A stretch of DNA of 63,759 bases, counting the filler, from Reticulomyxa filosa (Eukaryota > Protista > Foraminifera), in assembly GCA_000512085.1 (NCBI GenBank). It is 15 parts of 15 records of this genome, joined end to end, with 100 filler letters (N's around TTAATTAATTAA, not from the genome) between each part and the next. Parts side by side here need not be neighbours in the genome. Positions count along the whole stretch, not along the records: positions 56,735 to 63,759 come from ASPP01018307.1; 14 more parts are not named here. One strand, 5' to 3'. The notes below the pieces were generated by a model, which saw only the letters and a list, made by a program, of their open reading frames with translations, had not been told where the DNA came from and made no database searches. Shown piece after piece: positions 63,176-63,759 of the stretch. Every line of letters starts with the position of its first letter. The first letter of the stretch is position 1. The translations under genes were made by a program, and so were the position numbers.

Positions 63176-63759
63176 TCCACAATGAACTCATAAATAATAA
63201 TATATTTTTATTTTATTTTATTTCAATGTATTTTTCATTTTATTCATTCCAATTCGTTTTCAGGTTTTTGCAATAAAATAACGTTCTTTCTTCTTTTTTG
63301 AACCACAAACACTTTCTCTTTTTACCTTGAACCAATTTCTTGAGATTATGACAAATGCCATTTCGTTTTGAGGAAAAAGAGAAAGAAGAATAATTAGATA
63401 GAAAAACTAACAGAGTTACCAATTACAAAAAAAAAATTCATTCATAAGAGGCTTCCTTTTTTTTTTTTTGAACAGTAATACTTTTTTTATTTTTAATTTC
63501 AAATTTATGTTTTAATTTGTTTTATGTCATTCAAAAAATCAAAATATCTTCATAACTGAGAGGCCAAAAAGAATAAATTTAAAAAGTTTTTTTTTAAGTT
63601 GTATAATCTTGGTGTTAACGGAGTATTACTACAGGTAAAGACCATTCATAAATCGATAAGATAAGATCTTGATCAAATAAAGAGATTTTATTTTATTTTA
63701 TTTGACTTAATAGTTAAGATCCGACATATTGTAGTTGCGAGTCAATACATGTAAAGTTT

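Overview
This is AT-rich eukaryotic DNA with many short GT-AG introns. It is not one locus: 15 contigs are joined by 14 artificial 100-nt linkers (44 N + TTAATTAATTAA + 44 N), so adjacency across linkers means nothing. The divergent alpha2-type tubulin, NACHT-type/pentapeptide/WD40 gene, coiled-coil + Gly-rich gene and many pseudogenes suggest a foraminiferan such as Reticulomyxa (inference). Contig 1 (1-24958) holds a decayed, inverted LINE remnant, a transmembrane RBR E3 ligase with a UIM, and a ~10.5 kb gene I reassembled by hand as a GPS-motif, 5-TM polycystin-1-like receptor with a SAM domain. It also holds ankyrin, SET, rhodanese and TPR genes. The smaller contigs carry a Ser/Thr kinase, alpha-tubulin, PABP, an RS-rich protein, an NTF2-like protein, a GH3 xylosidase, an NLR-like WD40 gene, a Gly-rich protein, a centrin/calmodulin-like protein and a HIRIP3-like protein. 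They also carry CAP-Gly and Hsp70 pseudogenes and a Tc1/mariner-like repeat. The main leads are the giant polycystin-like receptor, introns with poly(A) acceptors and self-complementary repeats, and the WD40 array with variable positions.
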